64,000 bases of DNA from Candidatus Culexmicrobium cathedralense (lineage in GTDB: Archaea; Thermoproteota; Methanomethylicia; Culexarchaeales; Culexmicrobiaceae): contig JANZKC010000004.1 of the NCBI GenBank assembly GCA_025061115.1, positions 64,001 to 128,000 on the forward strand, read 5' to 3'. Below, piece by piece: positions 1 through 12,322 of this stretch; position 1 is the stretch's first letter, and the number at the start of each line of letters is the position of its first letter. The notes beneath the pieces are model-generated. The model had not been told where the DNA came from. It ran no database searches and saw only the letters and a list, made by a program, of their open reading frames with translations. The translations under genes and the position numbers were made by a program.

Positions 1-360
1 AAGCTTTGGGGCCACGTGTATTCCATTGAACGGGTTCCAAGACTTGCAGTTTTCGCCAGGAACAATTTAGAGAGAACAGGGTATAGCGATAAAGTTACAG
101 TTATTGTCGGCGATGGGACATTAGGTTATTCACCGGCCGCTCCTTACGATAGAATTCTCGTCACAGCAGCAGCACCAAACATACCTAAACCGCTTATTGA
201 GCAGCTTGCACTTAATGGCAGGATAGTCATTCCTGTTGGTGGCACTTACTACCAAGAGTTAATTGTCGGAGTTAAAATTTCTGACAGCGAAATTAAGACT
301 TATAGTGCAGGCGGCTGCGTTTTCGTGCCATTAATTGGCAGATATGGATGGCGCTTCTAG
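1..360 (+). CDS. pcm: Protein-L-isoaspartate O-methyltransferase, C-terminal part (5' end outside window)
   Basis: GDGTLGY..APYDRILVTAAAP..L.EQL..GGRIVIPVG and CVFVPLIG motifs; frame open to position 1. Confidence 0.93.
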   Translation, partial: KLWGHVYSIERVPRLAVFARNNLERTGYSDKVTVIVGDGTLGYSPAAPYDRILVTAAAPNIPKPLIEQLALNGRIVIPVGGTYYQELIVGVKISDSEIKTYSAGGCVFVPLIGRYGWRF

Positions 361-372
361 CCATTCTAGGTG

Positions 373-1422
373 TTAGCGCACCTTAAACCAGAGCTCTAAG
401 CTAGCTTGCTTATGATGTTCTTCAAACGCCTTTAAAGCTCTTCCTACAGCTTTCTTAACTCTCTCGGGTGAAAAATCATGTTCTTTACATAAAATGTCCA
501 TTATTGCTTCTTCATCAGGTTTCCTCCACTTTAACTTATAGTTTCCAGATACCTGAGGCTTCAAGAATATCTCCCTTATCGCGCTTGGTTCAACTGGAAA
601 TGCGGCTTCCCTTAATTGTTTTAGCGCATTTTCAAGCGATCCGTGCATTTTAATTAGTCGTAGTGCGGTTTTAGGTCCAACTCCTTTAATTCCTTCTGGA
701 TTATAATCTGTTCCGATGAGTATTGCAATATCTATTAATTGCTCTCTTGATATCCCTAAGCCGCTAAGCACCTTATCGAGTCGGATGACTTCAGGGTTTA
801 TTTCGATGTACTCCCTCTTCCTAGGCAGCTTCCTCCTGCCTGAAATTGTTAAGTTTCTAACTAAGCGGGGGGCTCCGAAAAGTAGTGAATCATAATCTTG
901 GCTGGCAGTCCCCCATACATCTCCTTTCTGAGCCATGTATGCTGCTTGAGCCTCTCCCTCCGAGGGAGCCTGAACCCAAGGTATTCCTAGGGCGTCAAGC
1001 AGTTTCTTTGCGTCATCAACCATTTCCTCAGTTAGCCTTGCCGTTTGCTGGGCATAAATTCTGGCGTCCTCTAAATCTCCTCGCCTTAGAGCTTCTTCAT
1101 ATTTCACTGCAGCTTCTTCCTTGAGCTTCTTGCGCCTCATGATCTCCATTTCTTTAATTTCTGGCGGCGTCCCATCAAAAACGTAAACTGGCTTTATTCC
1201 CAGTTCTATGAAGTTCACCGTCCTGTAAAAAAGCCCGCTTAAGTGACTTGTAATTCTACCACGGGAGTCCTTTAAAGGTGTTCCATCGGGTTGCCTAATT
1301 ATTGCTAAGAACTGGTAAAGCGCGTTATAAGCATCAATTGCGAGTTTCTTCCCTTTAAAGAAGCTCATGTCAACTTGCTCTACAGCTTTTTCGGGGATGA
1401 TGTCTCTTAAGTTTACCCCCAA
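373..1422 (-). CDS. fen: Flap endonuclease 1
   Basis: IDAYNALYQFL, APSEGEAQAA, SQDYDSLLFGAP, GTDYN; C-terminal PIP box QASLELWF. Confidence 0.98.
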   Translation of the reverse strand: MGVNLRDIIPEKAVEQVDMSFFKGKKLAIDAYNALYQFLAIIRQPDGTPLKDSRGRITSHLSGLFYRTVNFIELGIKPVYVFDGTPPEIKEMEIMRRKKLKEEAAVKYEEALRRGDLEDARIYAQQTARLTEEMVDDAKKLLDALGIPWVQAPSEGEAQAAYMAQKGDVWGTASQDYDSLLFGAPRLVRNLTISGRRKLPRKREYIEINPEVIRLDKVLSGLGISREQLIDIAILIGTDYNPEGIKGVGPKTALRLIKMHGSLENALKQLREAAFPVEPSAIREIFLKPQVSGNYKLKWRKPDEEAIMDILCKEHDFSPERVKKAVGRALKAFEEHHKQASLELWFKVR

Positions 1423-1426
1423 AAAA

Positions 1427-1666
1427 TTAACCTCCAGTTGTTAGTAGGCTGACATTTCTTAAGCCCTTTTTCGTGGCCGTGACCATGATTACCCCCCAGA
1501 TTTCCAGCTTCATTAATGCTTTATTGAATTCCCTGAGGGAAACGCTGTTAAACCTTTGTTTCAAGCTTTCAAAAAGTTCATCCTCTCTCATAGCTTTTCT
1601 TCTCTGCAATATTGTGATTATGGCTGTCTCTAGGGGCTCCGGGGTCCAAATATCGTTCTTCACCAT
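1427..1666 (-). CDS. Small winged-helix protein
   Basis: 79 aa, three helices plus wing pattern (FNKALMKLEIWGVIMV); tightly packed between cdc48 and fen. Confidence 0.7.
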   Translation of the reverse strand: MVKNDIWTPEPLETAIITILQRRKAMREDELFESLKQRFNSVSLREFNKALMKLEIWGVIMVTATKKGLRNVSLLTTGG

Positions 1667-1674
1667 GTTTTCAC

Positions 1675-3897
<2,223 letters not shown>

Positions 3898-3952
3898 CTA
3901 CTTTAAACTTCTCTGCTTGATGTATATACTTTGTGGGGACAAGAGCTCTCAA

Positions 3953-4225
3953 TTACATCATCCTAGTCACATATTCGACATCGACTTGGCTCACTGATGG
4001 CACACTCAGTATTGCCTCCTCTATGGCCGTCGTGCCCCCCTCGCTCTGCTCTGGCATAACTATCGCCATTTTCAGCGCTTTTAGCCCGAAGGCTATGGGT
4101 TCTTCGGCTGTTTGAGCAACTTTGACGCCTTCTGGAAGCGCGGCGGCTATTTCCTTAGCCATATCTTCTAGGTTGACTTCAACTTCCTTGGGATATACTT
4201 TTACTATGACTAGCACCTTTCCCAT
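3953..4225 (-). CDS. ef1b: Elongation factor 1-beta
   Basis: EEPIAFGLKAL motif, 90 aa, usual neighbour of the zinc-ribbon gene. Confidence 0.96.
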   Translation of the reverse strand: MGKVLVIVKVYPKEVEVNLEDMAKEIAAALPEGVKVAQTAEEPIAFGLKALKMAIVMPEQSEGGTTAIEEAILSVPSVSQVDVEYVTRMM

Positions 4226-4237
4226 AAGCTTCCCTCC

Positions 4238-4420
4238 TTAGGGCCCCACGAACCCACACTTAGGGCACTTGTACGCATTTGCTATGGATCTACAGCGCTT
4301 GCATCTCCACATTATGATTTCTCCACAGTTGGGGCATGGAAAGTTAACGCCCTTTTCTCCAGGCACAATTGGGCTTTTGCATGATATGCATATTGGCAGT
4401 TTTAGCTCCTCTGCAGCCAT
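4238..4420 (-). CDS. Zinc-ribbon small protein (DUF1610/HVO_2753 family)
   Basis: CISC..FPCPNCGE..RCKRCR..YKCPKCGFVGP. Confidence 0.93.
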   Translation of the reverse strand: MAAEELKLPICISCKSPIVPGEKGVNFPCPNCGEIIMWRCKRCRSIANAYKCPKCGFVGP

Positions 4421-4572
4421 TCTCTTAGGACCTCCAAGTCTTGATTCAGTTTATAAATCCAAAATAAAAGCTTTCTCTTTCAAATACTGAAATGAACGTG
4501 CAAGAGGTCGCTGCAAACCATGGGTGAGGAAGCAATGTTCTTTAATTCAAGTTGGCAATATCACTAGTAGTT

Positions 4573-4932
4573 ATGATCGAGGAGATTAAGCAGGTCATAG
4601 TGGTTAGAAGTGACATTAGCATGAGTAAGGGAAAACTTGCAGCTCAAGTTGCGCATGCAGCCGTAAGTGCTGCTGAAGAAGCGCGTATTAGACATCCCTT
4701 CTGGTGGAGGCTGTGGTTTTCTACGGGGCAGAAGAAAGTGGTTTTAAAGGTAAAAGGTAAGGAAGAGCTTTTAGAAATACTACGTCAAGCTTATTCTTTG
4801 AATATCCCTGCAGCATTAATTAGAGATAGGGGGTTAACTGAGCTTCCTCCCGGAACTATAACATGCGTTGGAATTGGACCGGCTCCTTCCAAGATTATTG
4901 ATAAGATAACGGGCAACTTATCACTACTTTGA
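4573..4932 (+). CDS. pth2: Peptidyl-tRNA hydrolase Pth2
   Basis: KQVIVVRSDISMSKGKLAAQVAHAA, DRGLTEL, GIGPAP; start moved to ATG 4573. Confidence 0.96.
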   Translation: MIEEIKQVIVVRSDISMSKGKLAAQVAHAAVSAAEEARIRHPFWWRLWFSTGQKKVVLKVKGKEELLEILRQAYSLNIPAALIRDRGLTELPPGTITCVGIGPAPSKIIDKITGNLSLL

Positions 4933-4942
4933 GGTAAGAGAC

Positions 4943-6271
4943 TTGTTTACTAAGACTCTCTCAGATTTAGAACGAGAGCTAGGATTAAAGTATTACTTGA
5001 CAAATGTCCCTCCAATTGGCGGGAAGATTCGATTACATTATGAGGACTTCATTGTTGAGGAAGTCTTAAGAGATGGGACTGTAATTTCTGCAGATTCACG
5101 TAAAAAGGTAAGGATTCCCATCGGCGGCGAAGGCGATTATGTCCGAGCAATTTTGGTTAAACGAGGCTGCGATACGCTATCAGCAATATACCTCCTAGCA
5201 AGAACCTGTAATGTGCCTCTCCATGCAATCTCATATTTAGGATTGAAGGACGCAAGAGCTGTGTCCGCACAACTCATAAGCATTAAAAATTGCGAAGTAC
5301 CGTTAATGCGTTTTGAAGATAAGAGAAAGCGGGTGGCGATTACTCAATATGTCCGCTCTCCTTTTCCAGTAAAGCGCCATGAGCTATATGGAAACGTGTT
5401 CACTATAACTATACGGAGAATTCCTCTACCTCCAGAAGAAATATCCTCCAGATTAAATGAATTTCTAAGGCAAGTACGTTCTTTTGGAGGTCTTCCAGCC
5501 TACTTTGGACATCAGCGATTTGGAACTATAAAGCCAGTGTCACATAAAGTTGGTAAAGCTCTTCTGCTAAATGATTTTGAAGGTGCCGTAAAGCACATCT
5601 TAACGAATTCTCAAGATGATTTTTTACGTAAAAGGCGAGGAATCACAGCTAAGGCGCTGAATTATGAAGTTTTAATTATTAATCATCTATTGAAGAAGCG
5701 AGGGGACTTTGCTGGCGCACTTAGGAAGGTTCCAACAATACTTCTGAGGTTATTTATCCATGCATACCAATCGTACTTATTCAATAAAATGTTGAGCAAA
5801 CGCATAGACCTTGGCTTACCTCTAAATCGCGCAGTCATAGGTGATGTAGTGGGCTTTCCAAAGGCTGGCAGCATTGATCCGTCACGCGTCTTCCTGGTTG
5901 AGAAGCACAACCTTGAGAAGATTAACAAGCTTATTGAGAAGGGCTTAATGTCTGTGGTCTTGCCAGTTGTTGGATTTAAGACGAAAGTTTTTCCCAAGTA
6001 TAATGCTGCGGAGCCAGTACTATCCATTCTCGAAGAAGAGGGGATATTAAGGGGTTCATTTGCTGTCCCTCATTCTCCCAAACTCAAATGTCCTGGAACC
6101 TATCGCCCAACAACCTTTAATTTTGAAAATTTCAAAATTGTTCAACTTTCATCAGATAGGGATGGCAGTTCCAAGCTCGTACTGCGCTTCCAATTGAGGC
6201 GCGGTTTTTATGCGACGGTAGTTTTGAGAGAGATCATTAAGCCCAGCAATGTCTTGGAATGTGGCTTTTAA
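4943..6271 (+). CDS. truD: tRNA pseudouridine(13) synthase TruD
   Basis: EDFIVEE, GLKDARAV, YFGHQRFG, HAYQSYLFN, GFYATVVLRE. Confidence 0.95.
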   Translation: MFTKTLSDLERELGLKYYLTNVPPIGGKIRLHYEDFIVEEVLRDGTVISADSRKKVRIPIGGEGDYVRAILVKRGCDTLSAIYLLARTCNVPLHAISYLGLKDARAVSAQLISIKNCEVPLMRFEDKRKRVAITQYVRSPFPVKRHELYGNVFTITIRRIPLPPEEISSRLNEFLRQVRSFGGLPAYFGHQRFGTIKPVSHKVGKALLLNDFEGAVKHILTNSQDDFLRKRRGITAKALNYEVLIINHLLKKRGDFAGALRKVPTILLRLFIHAYQSYLFNKMLSKRIDLGLPLNRAVIGDVVGFPKAGSIDPSRVFLVEKHNLEKINKLIEKGLMSVVLPVVGFKTKVFPKYNAAEPVLSILEEEGILRGSFAVPHSPKLKCPGTYRPTTFNFENFKIVQLSSDRDGSSKLVLRFQLRRGFYATVVLREIIKPSNVLECGF

Positions 6272-6275
6272 GGAA

Positions 6276-7610
6276 TTAAGGCACAAGTCTATTTTTGTCT
6301 CGCGGAAATAGCGTTACTTCCCTTATGTTTCTCATGCCCGTCATGATCATTAGAAGTCTTTGAAACCCTAGTCCCCAACCTGCATGTGGAGGCATTCCAT
6401 ATTCAAAGTATGTTAGGAAGGGCTCGAATTTTTCTGGGTTCAAGTTTTGCTCTTTCATCCGTTCAATAAGCAATTCCTTTATATGAATTCTTGTTCCACC
6501 GCTAGCTAGTTCAAGCCAGGACCAGTTTAAGTCGAAGGAGTCTGTAATTTCCGGCTTATCCTCTTTTGGTTTTATGTAGAATGGCTTCAATATTCTGGGC
6601 CAATCAACAATAAAGTATGGCTCATCAAATATTTCTCCTAGCTTTCTATTAGCTGCGGTGGGTAAATCCTCTCCCCAATTTATCTCGAATCCCTGTTCTC
6701 TAAGTATTTCAAGCGCCTCATCATATGTTATTCTTTTAAATGGCGTTCTAGGAACTTCAATCTTGCGATTTAATAACTTGAGCTCCGCTGCGCATCGTTT
6801 TTTAACCTCTTTAATTACGCTCACTATTAGTCTCTCCAAGACGTCCATAACGTCTTTGGCATCAGCGAATGCAACCTCAATATCCACTGATATGAATTCA
6901 TTCAAGTGATAAGTCGTATCCGACTCTTCAGCTCTATAAAATTGAGCAATTTCAAATACCTTCTCGAATGCTGACGTCAATACTTCCTTGTATAGTTGAG
7001 GGCTTTGAGCTAGAAAAGCCTCTTTTTCAAAGTAGGCAACGGGAAAAAGCGCTGCTCCTCCTTCAGTGGCAGTTGCCAGTATCTTAGGCGTGACAACTTC
7101 CATGAAGCCTTCTCCTATCAAGAACTTCCTTATGGCATTGAGTGCAGTGTGGTGTACTTTGAATATGGCTAGGTTTTTCGGAATGCGCAAGTCAAGTATG
7201 CGCGCATTCAATCTAGTATCTAGATCTGCAGGTACTCTTCCAGTAGTATCTATTGGAAGGGGCGATTTAGCGACATTTAGTATTTTTATTTCAGATGGAA
7301 TTAGCTCCACTCCTCTAGGAGCTGTAGGCATAGCTCGTACCTTTCCCTTAATTCCGATAACGCTCTCCCTCTTCAACTTCTTTACTTTCTTGAGAATTTC
7401 CTTTGAAACCAACTTCTTAGGCATTGTCACTTGGATGGCTCCCTCTCTATCTCTCAGTATTAGGAATTTTATTCCGCCAAGATCCCTTACTTCTAATACC
7501 CATCCAAATACAACTACTTCCTTTCCGTCTATTTCAGGGGTGATTTGGCTAGTGTAATGCGTTCTTCTCCAGCTTCCCAAGTCGTCTAGGAGCATCTTCA
7601 GAGGCCTCAC
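6276..7610 (-). CDS. aspS: Aspartyl-tRNA synthetase (archaeal type, possibly non-discriminating)
   Basis: N-terminal OB fold, LAQSPQLYK, YRAE, YGMPPHAGWGLG, LFPRD; Pro in L1 loop (TAPRG). Confidence 0.96.
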   Translation of the reverse strand: MRPLKMLLDDLGSWRRTHYTSQITPEIDGKEVVVFGWVLEVRDLGGIKFLILRDREGAIQVTMPKKLVSKEILKKVKKLKRESVIGIKGKVRAMPTAPRGVELIPSEIKILNVAKSPLPIDTTGRVPADLDTRLNARILDLRIPKNLAIFKVHHTALNAIRKFLIGEGFMEVVTPKILATATEGGAALFPVAYFEKEAFLAQSPQLYKEVLTSAFEKVFEIAQFYRAEESDTTYHLNEFISVDIEVAFADAKDVMDVLERLIVSVIKEVKKRCAAELKLLNRKIEVPRTPFKRITYDEALEILREQGFEINWGEDLPTAANRKLGEIFDEPYFIVDWPRILKPFYIKPKEDKPEITDSFDLNWSWLELASGGTRIHIKELLIERMKEQNLNPEKFEPFLTYFEYGMPPHAGWGLGFQRLLMIMTGMRNIREVTLFPRDKNRLVP

Positions 7611-8110
7611 TCTGCTAGTATACGTACAGTCTCTTTAGTAAATTCGGAAATTACTCTTTCTGCCTGCTCCTTTCCAATGCTTAGCCTTCTCAGATCTGAC
7701 TTAAGTACTCTGATGTAATTCTCTCTACTGCCATCCGGCAGCCAAACAATATTAACGCCCAAAACTCTGGCTGGGGCAAGAACTTGCTCAGCTATTTGGC
7801 GTATACTTGCGGTTTTCTCAATTATTCTCACGGGCTTACCAATTTTACTGGTTAACACTCTTGAAATTCTATTCCATAATGGTCGAAGGGACCTTCCATC
7901 ACTTTTAACTAATACTATAAGCATTTTCTCCGTATCTACAGCCTTAAAGAAGGTGGCATCCTTTAATGCGGGGAACCTATTCTCTAATTCAAGAAAGTGC
8001 TTCCCAATTTCAATATCTAAAGAAGTTATTTCTCCTCTATCTAATTTCTCTTGGCAACTTGGACATAATATTCCGCTTTTTATGCACACGAGGCATATAG
8101 GTAGTTTCAC
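7607..8110 (-). CDS. NusA-like KH protein with N-terminal Cys cluster (archaeal NusA paralog)
   Basis: PICLVCIKSGILCPSC, LAPARVLGVNIVWLPDGS. Confidence 0.8.
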   Translation of the reverse strand: MKLPICLVCIKSGILCPSCQEKLDRGEITSLDIEIGKHFLELENRFPALKDATFFKAVDTEKMLIVLVKSDGRSLRPLWNRISRVLTSKIGKPVRIIEKTASIRQIAEQVLAPARVLGVNIVWLPDGSRENYIRVLKSDLRRLSIGKEQAERVISEFTKETVRILAE

Positions 8111-8173
8111 GAAAGTTTAACCCCCAGCTATTAAAGAAATAAGGAATAATTGTATGTTGGCAAAGCGCTTGAT

Positions 8174-8455
8174 CTACTTCTTGCCTCTTGTTAGTACGAC
8201 TGATATTGTGCTGGTGTTTATTGTTCTTCCGTCCTGGGTGGTTATCTGCTCTGTTCCTATTTCGATGTTCTTAATTTTAACGTCCGTTAGGAACCTATTC
8301 CTAACGATTTCAACTATGTCAACAGCTTTGCTTATAGCTCTGCCCCTAGCTTTTACACTTATTTCCTTTGCTCCTTGGTGAAATAGCGTCAAACATGCTA
8401 GGACATAGTTCATTATTGGCTTGTTTCCTACTAGCACAGCGTTTTCCTGAGCCAT
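8174..8455 (-). CDS. albA: DNA/RNA-binding protein Alba
   Basis: [24 protein letters not shown]. Confidence 0.97.
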   Translation of the reverse strand: MAQENAVLVGNKPIMNYVLACLTLFHQGAKEISVKARGRAISKAVDIVEIVRNRFLTDVKIKNIEIGTEQITTQDGRTINTSTISVVLTRGKK

Positions 8456-8613
8456 TCAACTCCCTCCCTTATGTTTTCTAGATATAGGCTTAGAGATAGT
8501 TCTACTTGGACCTTTATAAGATTTAGGCTGTCTTGTTGGAAGTTCGTCCTCCAGTTTTCTTTGAGCGAAACATATTAGAGGAGGTCTTTTACATATGTCA
8601 CAAGGGTTTACTT

Positions 8614-9099
8614 ATGACAAGTAATGCGCAATCAGATTTCATGTTGACAGAGCGACAGCGCTTCTTACTTATGAAGCTATACGAGAGCTCGAAAAGCATG
8701 AACGTTTATACCGTCACTAAATCTCAAAGCGAACTTGCAAGAGAGCTAGGCATCACTCGCCAAGCACTTAGCATACATCTAAGGAAGTTCAAGGAGGAAG
8801 GATTGATACGAACGGGGAGGGGGTTCATCGACTTAACTGAAAAGGCGCTTAAAGCATTGCAGATCAGATCAGCGGACGCTTTCGTATTTATCAAGGTTCA
8901 GCCTCAATTGCGAAATGAAGCTTATAGAAAAATCAGTAAATTGCAAGCAATAAACAAACTATTTAGAGTTACTGGAGATATAGATCTGATAGCAGTTGTA
9001 GATCAGTCCACTCTGGATAAATTTCTTAAAGATGTATCTAAAGTTGAAGGAGTAGTTTTGACTTCAGCTCACATCGTAATCGAACCATTAAAGGAGTAG
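8614..9099 (+). CDS. Lrp/AsnC-family transcriptional regulator
   Basis: HTH SQSELARELGITRQALS plus C-terminal VTGDIDLIAVV ligand-binding domain; start moved to ATG 8614. Confidence 0.88.
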   Translation: MTSNAQSDFMLTERQRFLLMKLYESSKSMNVYTVTKSQSELARELGITRQALSIHLRKFKEEGLIRTGRGFIDLTEKALKALQIRSADAFVFIKVQPQLRNEAYRKISKLQAINKLFRVTGDIDLIAVVDQSTLDKFLKDVSKVEGVVLTSAHIVIEPLKE

Positions 9100-9112
9100 G
9101 GGGTCTACTGAC

Positions 9113-10252
9113 GTGAAGTTCTTTGAATATGAGGCAAAGGAAGTTTTTAAAGCATATGGAATTCCAACACCAGAGGGTCGTGTTGCGTTTACGCCTGCTG
9201 AGGCTAGGGAAATTGCTGCGGAGTTAAATAAACCAGTTGCAATTAAGGTTCAAGTGCTCGTCGGCGGAAGAGGGAAAGCTGGCGGAATTCGCTTTGCAAA
9301 CACGCCTGAAGAAGCTGAAAAAATCGCCGCTAACCTTCTTGGAAGCACTTTTAAGGGGCTTAAAGTTGATGCCGTTCTCGTCGAGGAAAAACTATCCATT
9401 GGGAGAGAATTTTACCTGGGCATTACCATCGACCGGGCAGCTAAGAGGCTCGTAGCTATTGCGAGTGCAAAGGGCGGAGTAGACATTGAGGAAATAGCTA
9501 GGCAATATCCCAACTTGATAGTTAAAGAGCACATCGATCCTCTAGTTGGGTTCTATCCCTTTATGGCACGGCGAATGCTTAAAGCCCTAAACTTTGAGGG
9601 CTCTCTCCTCACGGCAATGTCTCAAATTATGAAGAAGCTATATGACATAGCTATTGATTATGATGCAGAGCTAGTCGAGATAAACCCTCTAGTTTTAACA
9701 GAAGATGGCCGCCTCATGGCGGCAGATGCAAAGTTAAACGTTGATTCAGATGCACTATTTCGCCATCCGAACATAAAGAGCAAAGCAATTTCACATGAAA
9801 TCTCCTCTATTGAGGCTGAAGCTAAGGCAGCTGGCCTATCGTATGTTGAGCTAAATGGGGATATTGGAATTATAGGTAATGGAGCTGGACTAGTTATGAC
9901 GACGTTGGACCTCGTAAAGATATACGGCGGTTCTCCAGCAAACTTCCTAGATGTCGGAGGCGGCGCGGAAGAGAAGGTCATAGCAACTGCCCTTAAAATA
10001 TTAATAAACCACCCCCGGGTTAAGGTTATTCTAGTGAATATTTTCGGCGGCATAACTCGATGCGACGTTGTTGCAAGAGGAATTGTTTCAGCTTTAAAAT
10101 CCATTGAAAAGAGAAAGCCCATAGTAATAAGGCTTATAGGGACCAATGATGCAGAAGGCAGAGCCATTCTAGAGAATGAGGGTCTCTTAGCTTTATCGTC
10201 CATGGAGGAAGCCGCGAAAGCAGCTGTTGATGCAGCTCGCCGGGAGGTGTGA
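9113..10252 (+). CDS. sucC: Succinyl-CoA ligase (ADP-forming) beta subunit
   Basis: EYEAKE, GGRGKAGGI, EINPL, GNGAGL, ANFLDVGGG, NIFGGITRCD. Confidence 0.97.
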   Translation: MKFFEYEAKEVFKAYGIPTPEGRVAFTPAEAREIAAELNKPVAIKVQVLVGGRGKAGGIRFANTPEEAEKIAANLLGSTFKGLKVDAVLVEEKLSIGREFYLGITIDRAAKRLVAIASAKGGVDIEEIARQYPNLIVKEHIDPLVGFYPFMARRMLKALNFEGSLLTAMSQIMKKLYDIAIDYDAELVEINPLVLTEDGRLMAADAKLNVDSDALFRHPNIKSKAISHEISSIEAEAKAAGLSYVELNGDIGIIGNGAGLVMTTLDLVKIYGGSPANFLDVGGGAEEKVIATALKILINHPRVKVILVNIFGGITRCDVVARGIVSALKSIEKRKPIVIRLIGTNDAEGRAILENEGLLALSSMEEAAKAAVDAARREV

Positions 10253-11124
10253 TTTTGGGGATAATTGTAGATGAGAAATCAAGAGTTATTGTTCAGGGTA
10301 TAACTGGTAGGCAGGGAAGATTCCACACCAAGCTCATGCTCGATTATGGAACGAAAATTGTAGCAGGAGTAACTCCCGGAAAGGGAGGGCAAAGCGTTCA
10401 CGGCGTTCCAGTGTATGATACCATTGCTGAAGCAATGGAGAAATCTCCTGCAGATACATCAATAGTATTCGTGCCAGCTCCATCTGCCCTAGATGCAGTA
10501 TCCGAAGCAATAATGTCTGGAATTAAAAACATCGTAGTTATTACTGAACACGTTCCCGTTCACGACGCCATAAAAATGATGGCGCTAGCGCGATTAAAAG
10601 GAGCAAGAATTGTAGGTCCAAACACGCCGGGCATAATAACTCCAGGAAAATGCAAAGTAGGCATCATGCCAGGCAACGTTTTCACCCCTGGAACCATTGG
10701 AATAGTTTCTCGAAGTGGAACTTTAACTTACGAGATAGCCCTAAATCTCACTAACGCTAATTTGGGCCAATCAACATGCATAGGAATCGGCGGCGACCCG
10801 GTAGTTGGGTTAAGCTTCATAGATGTTCTTGAACTATTCAGGGAAGATGAGCATACCAAAGCAGTTGTAATTATAGGCGAAATTGGAGGAGATGCGGAGG
10901 AAAAAGCTGCGGAGTACATCAAGCGAACCAACTATCCAAAGCCAGTGGTAGCCTTCATTGCTGGCAGAACCGCTCCTCCAGGCAAGAGAATGGGACATGC
11001 AGGCGCAATAATAACCGGCACATCAGGAACAGCTGAAAGCAAAATAAAAGCCTTCAACAATGCGGGAGTTCCCGTTGCTGAAAAACCCTCTGACGTCCCA
11101 AAGCTACTCAAGTCAGTAATGTGA
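10249..11124 (+). CDS. sucD: Succinyl-CoA ligase (ADP-forming) alpha subunit
   Basis: [32 protein letters not shown] (phospho-His). Confidence 0.97.
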   Translation: MILGIIVDEKSRVIVQGITGRQGRFHTKLMLDYGTKIVAGVTPGKGGQSVHGVPVYDTIAEAMEKSPADTSIVFVPAPSALDAVSEAIMSGIKNIVVITEHVPVHDAIKMMALARLKGARIVGPNTPGIITPGKCKVGIMPGNVFTPGTIGIVSRSGTLTYEIALNLTNANLGQSTCIGIGGDPVVGLSFIDVLELFREDEHTKAVVIIGEIGGDAEEKAAEYIKRTNYPKPVVAFIAGRTAPPGKRMGHAGAIITGTSGTAESKIKAFNNAGVPVAEKPSDVPKLLKSVM

Positions 11125-11772
11125 CATATACGTCTTCAATTGCTTAATCGCTTCCCTCACTTTCCTTTCTATTTCTCCTTTCCCGACATGCCTTATGATC
11201 TTTTTCACTTCTGTGCTTACAATGCCTTCCCTCATGATTTCGCGCTTCCTCTCAAGCGCTGCACGCCCTGCATTCACAGCTTCATTAAGCCTTCTCAATT
11301 GACTATCCAGCCTGATTAAACCAATCATAATAAAATGCATATTTCTCATAACTCTCCCAAATGCCTTTACATCCACTTCTTTTATAAGAGTTAAATCCAA
11401 ATTCTTTTTTAAAGTATTAATTACCTTCTCGACATTGTCTAATATGCTCGATACTCTTTCTACTTTTTCTTTTATCCTCTTTGAAGCTTCCGCAAGCTCG
11501 TTCATTAACACTTTCTGAACTTCCGCTAAAATTAAGATTTCCTCAGCCAAATCCCCCCTATTTCTCTCAAGTGCTAAGAATGCTTTAACTCTACCATCCA
11601 AAACTTCCTTTGACATTCTTTCTAATTCATCCTCTATCCACCTAATCACTTTACGTGCAGCCTCGCAATCTCTTCTAGCTTCCCTAACCACTTGCTCAAA
11701 ATTCTTTGCCTTCCTTTCAAAATCCCGCAATAGCGACTCTACAACGGCCTTCACGCTAATCCTACCACTCAT
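11113..11772 (-). CDS. Coiled-coil protein, probable PspA/IM30 (ESCRT-III superfamily) homolog
   Basis: 219 aa all-helical; [18 protein letters not shown] resembles the PspA hairpin-tip motif; C-terminal IKQLK. Confidence 0.6.
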   Translation of the reverse strand: MSGRISVKAVVESLLRDFERKAKNFEQVVREARRDCEAARKVIRWIEDELERMSKEVLDGRVKAFLALERNRGDLAEEILILAEVQKVLMNELAEASKRIKEKVERVSSILDNVEKVINTLKKNLDLTLIKEVDVKAFGRVMRNMHFIMIGLIRLDSQLRRLNEAVNAGRAALERKREIMREGIVSTEVKKIIRHVGKGEIERKVREAIKQLKTYMSHY

Positions 11773-11875
11773 ATCAAATTTCTCCTCTTAATTCCAATAC
11801 CTCTAATACATAGTATGATGCAGCAAAAGCTTTATAATTCTGCTCATAATGATTTTCGCAAGCAGGTGAACAAGC

Positions 11876-12037
11876 ATGCCAATACACGACCCTGAAAAAC
11901 TCAAGATCGCACAGCAACGAAGACTATTTGTAAAAATATGCAGAAGATGCGGCGCAAGAAACGCTCCATCCGCAGAGAAGTGCAGACGATGCAGAAGCAA
12001 AAATCTGCGATGGAAGAGAAGAGAGCGCTCACGCTAA
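11876..12037 (+). CDS. rpl40e: 50S ribosomal protein L40e (below ORF-track cutoff)
   Basis: Translated by hand: [53 protein letters not shown]. Confidence 0.97.
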   Translation: MPIHDPEKLKIAQQRRLFVKICRRCGARNAPSAEKCRRCRSKNLRWKRRERSR

Positions 12038-12135
12038 ACTCCAAGACAATAAATAACTACATTATTCTGATCACCTTAACCAACTAAAAGTAGATTTAAT
12101 AGTAAATTTTTAAGGTGCAATCCAATATTTTAACT

Positions 12136-12212
12136 GGGCGGGTGGTCTAGCTGGCTAGGATTCCGCCCTCACACGGCGGAGGTCGTGGGTTCGAATCCCA
12201 CCCCGCCCACCA
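12136..12212 (+). tRNA. tRNA-Val(CAC)
   Basis: GGGCGGG/CCCGCCC acceptor stem, CCGCC-CTCACAC-GGCGG anticodon arm, GTTCGAATC, encoded CCA. Confidence 0.97.
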
Positions 12213-12322
12213 CTACCATCAAATTGATGATTGTAATTATTGCTCTATGCTCCACATTTATTACACATATTCTTGATATAATGCCCTGCAATTCTGCTTT
12301 AATAGAGAAATGAATCATTACC

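Noticed and set aside
11803-12000. 65-aa minus-strand ORF
   Set aside because: Antisense shadow of rpl40e, which the ORF track missed
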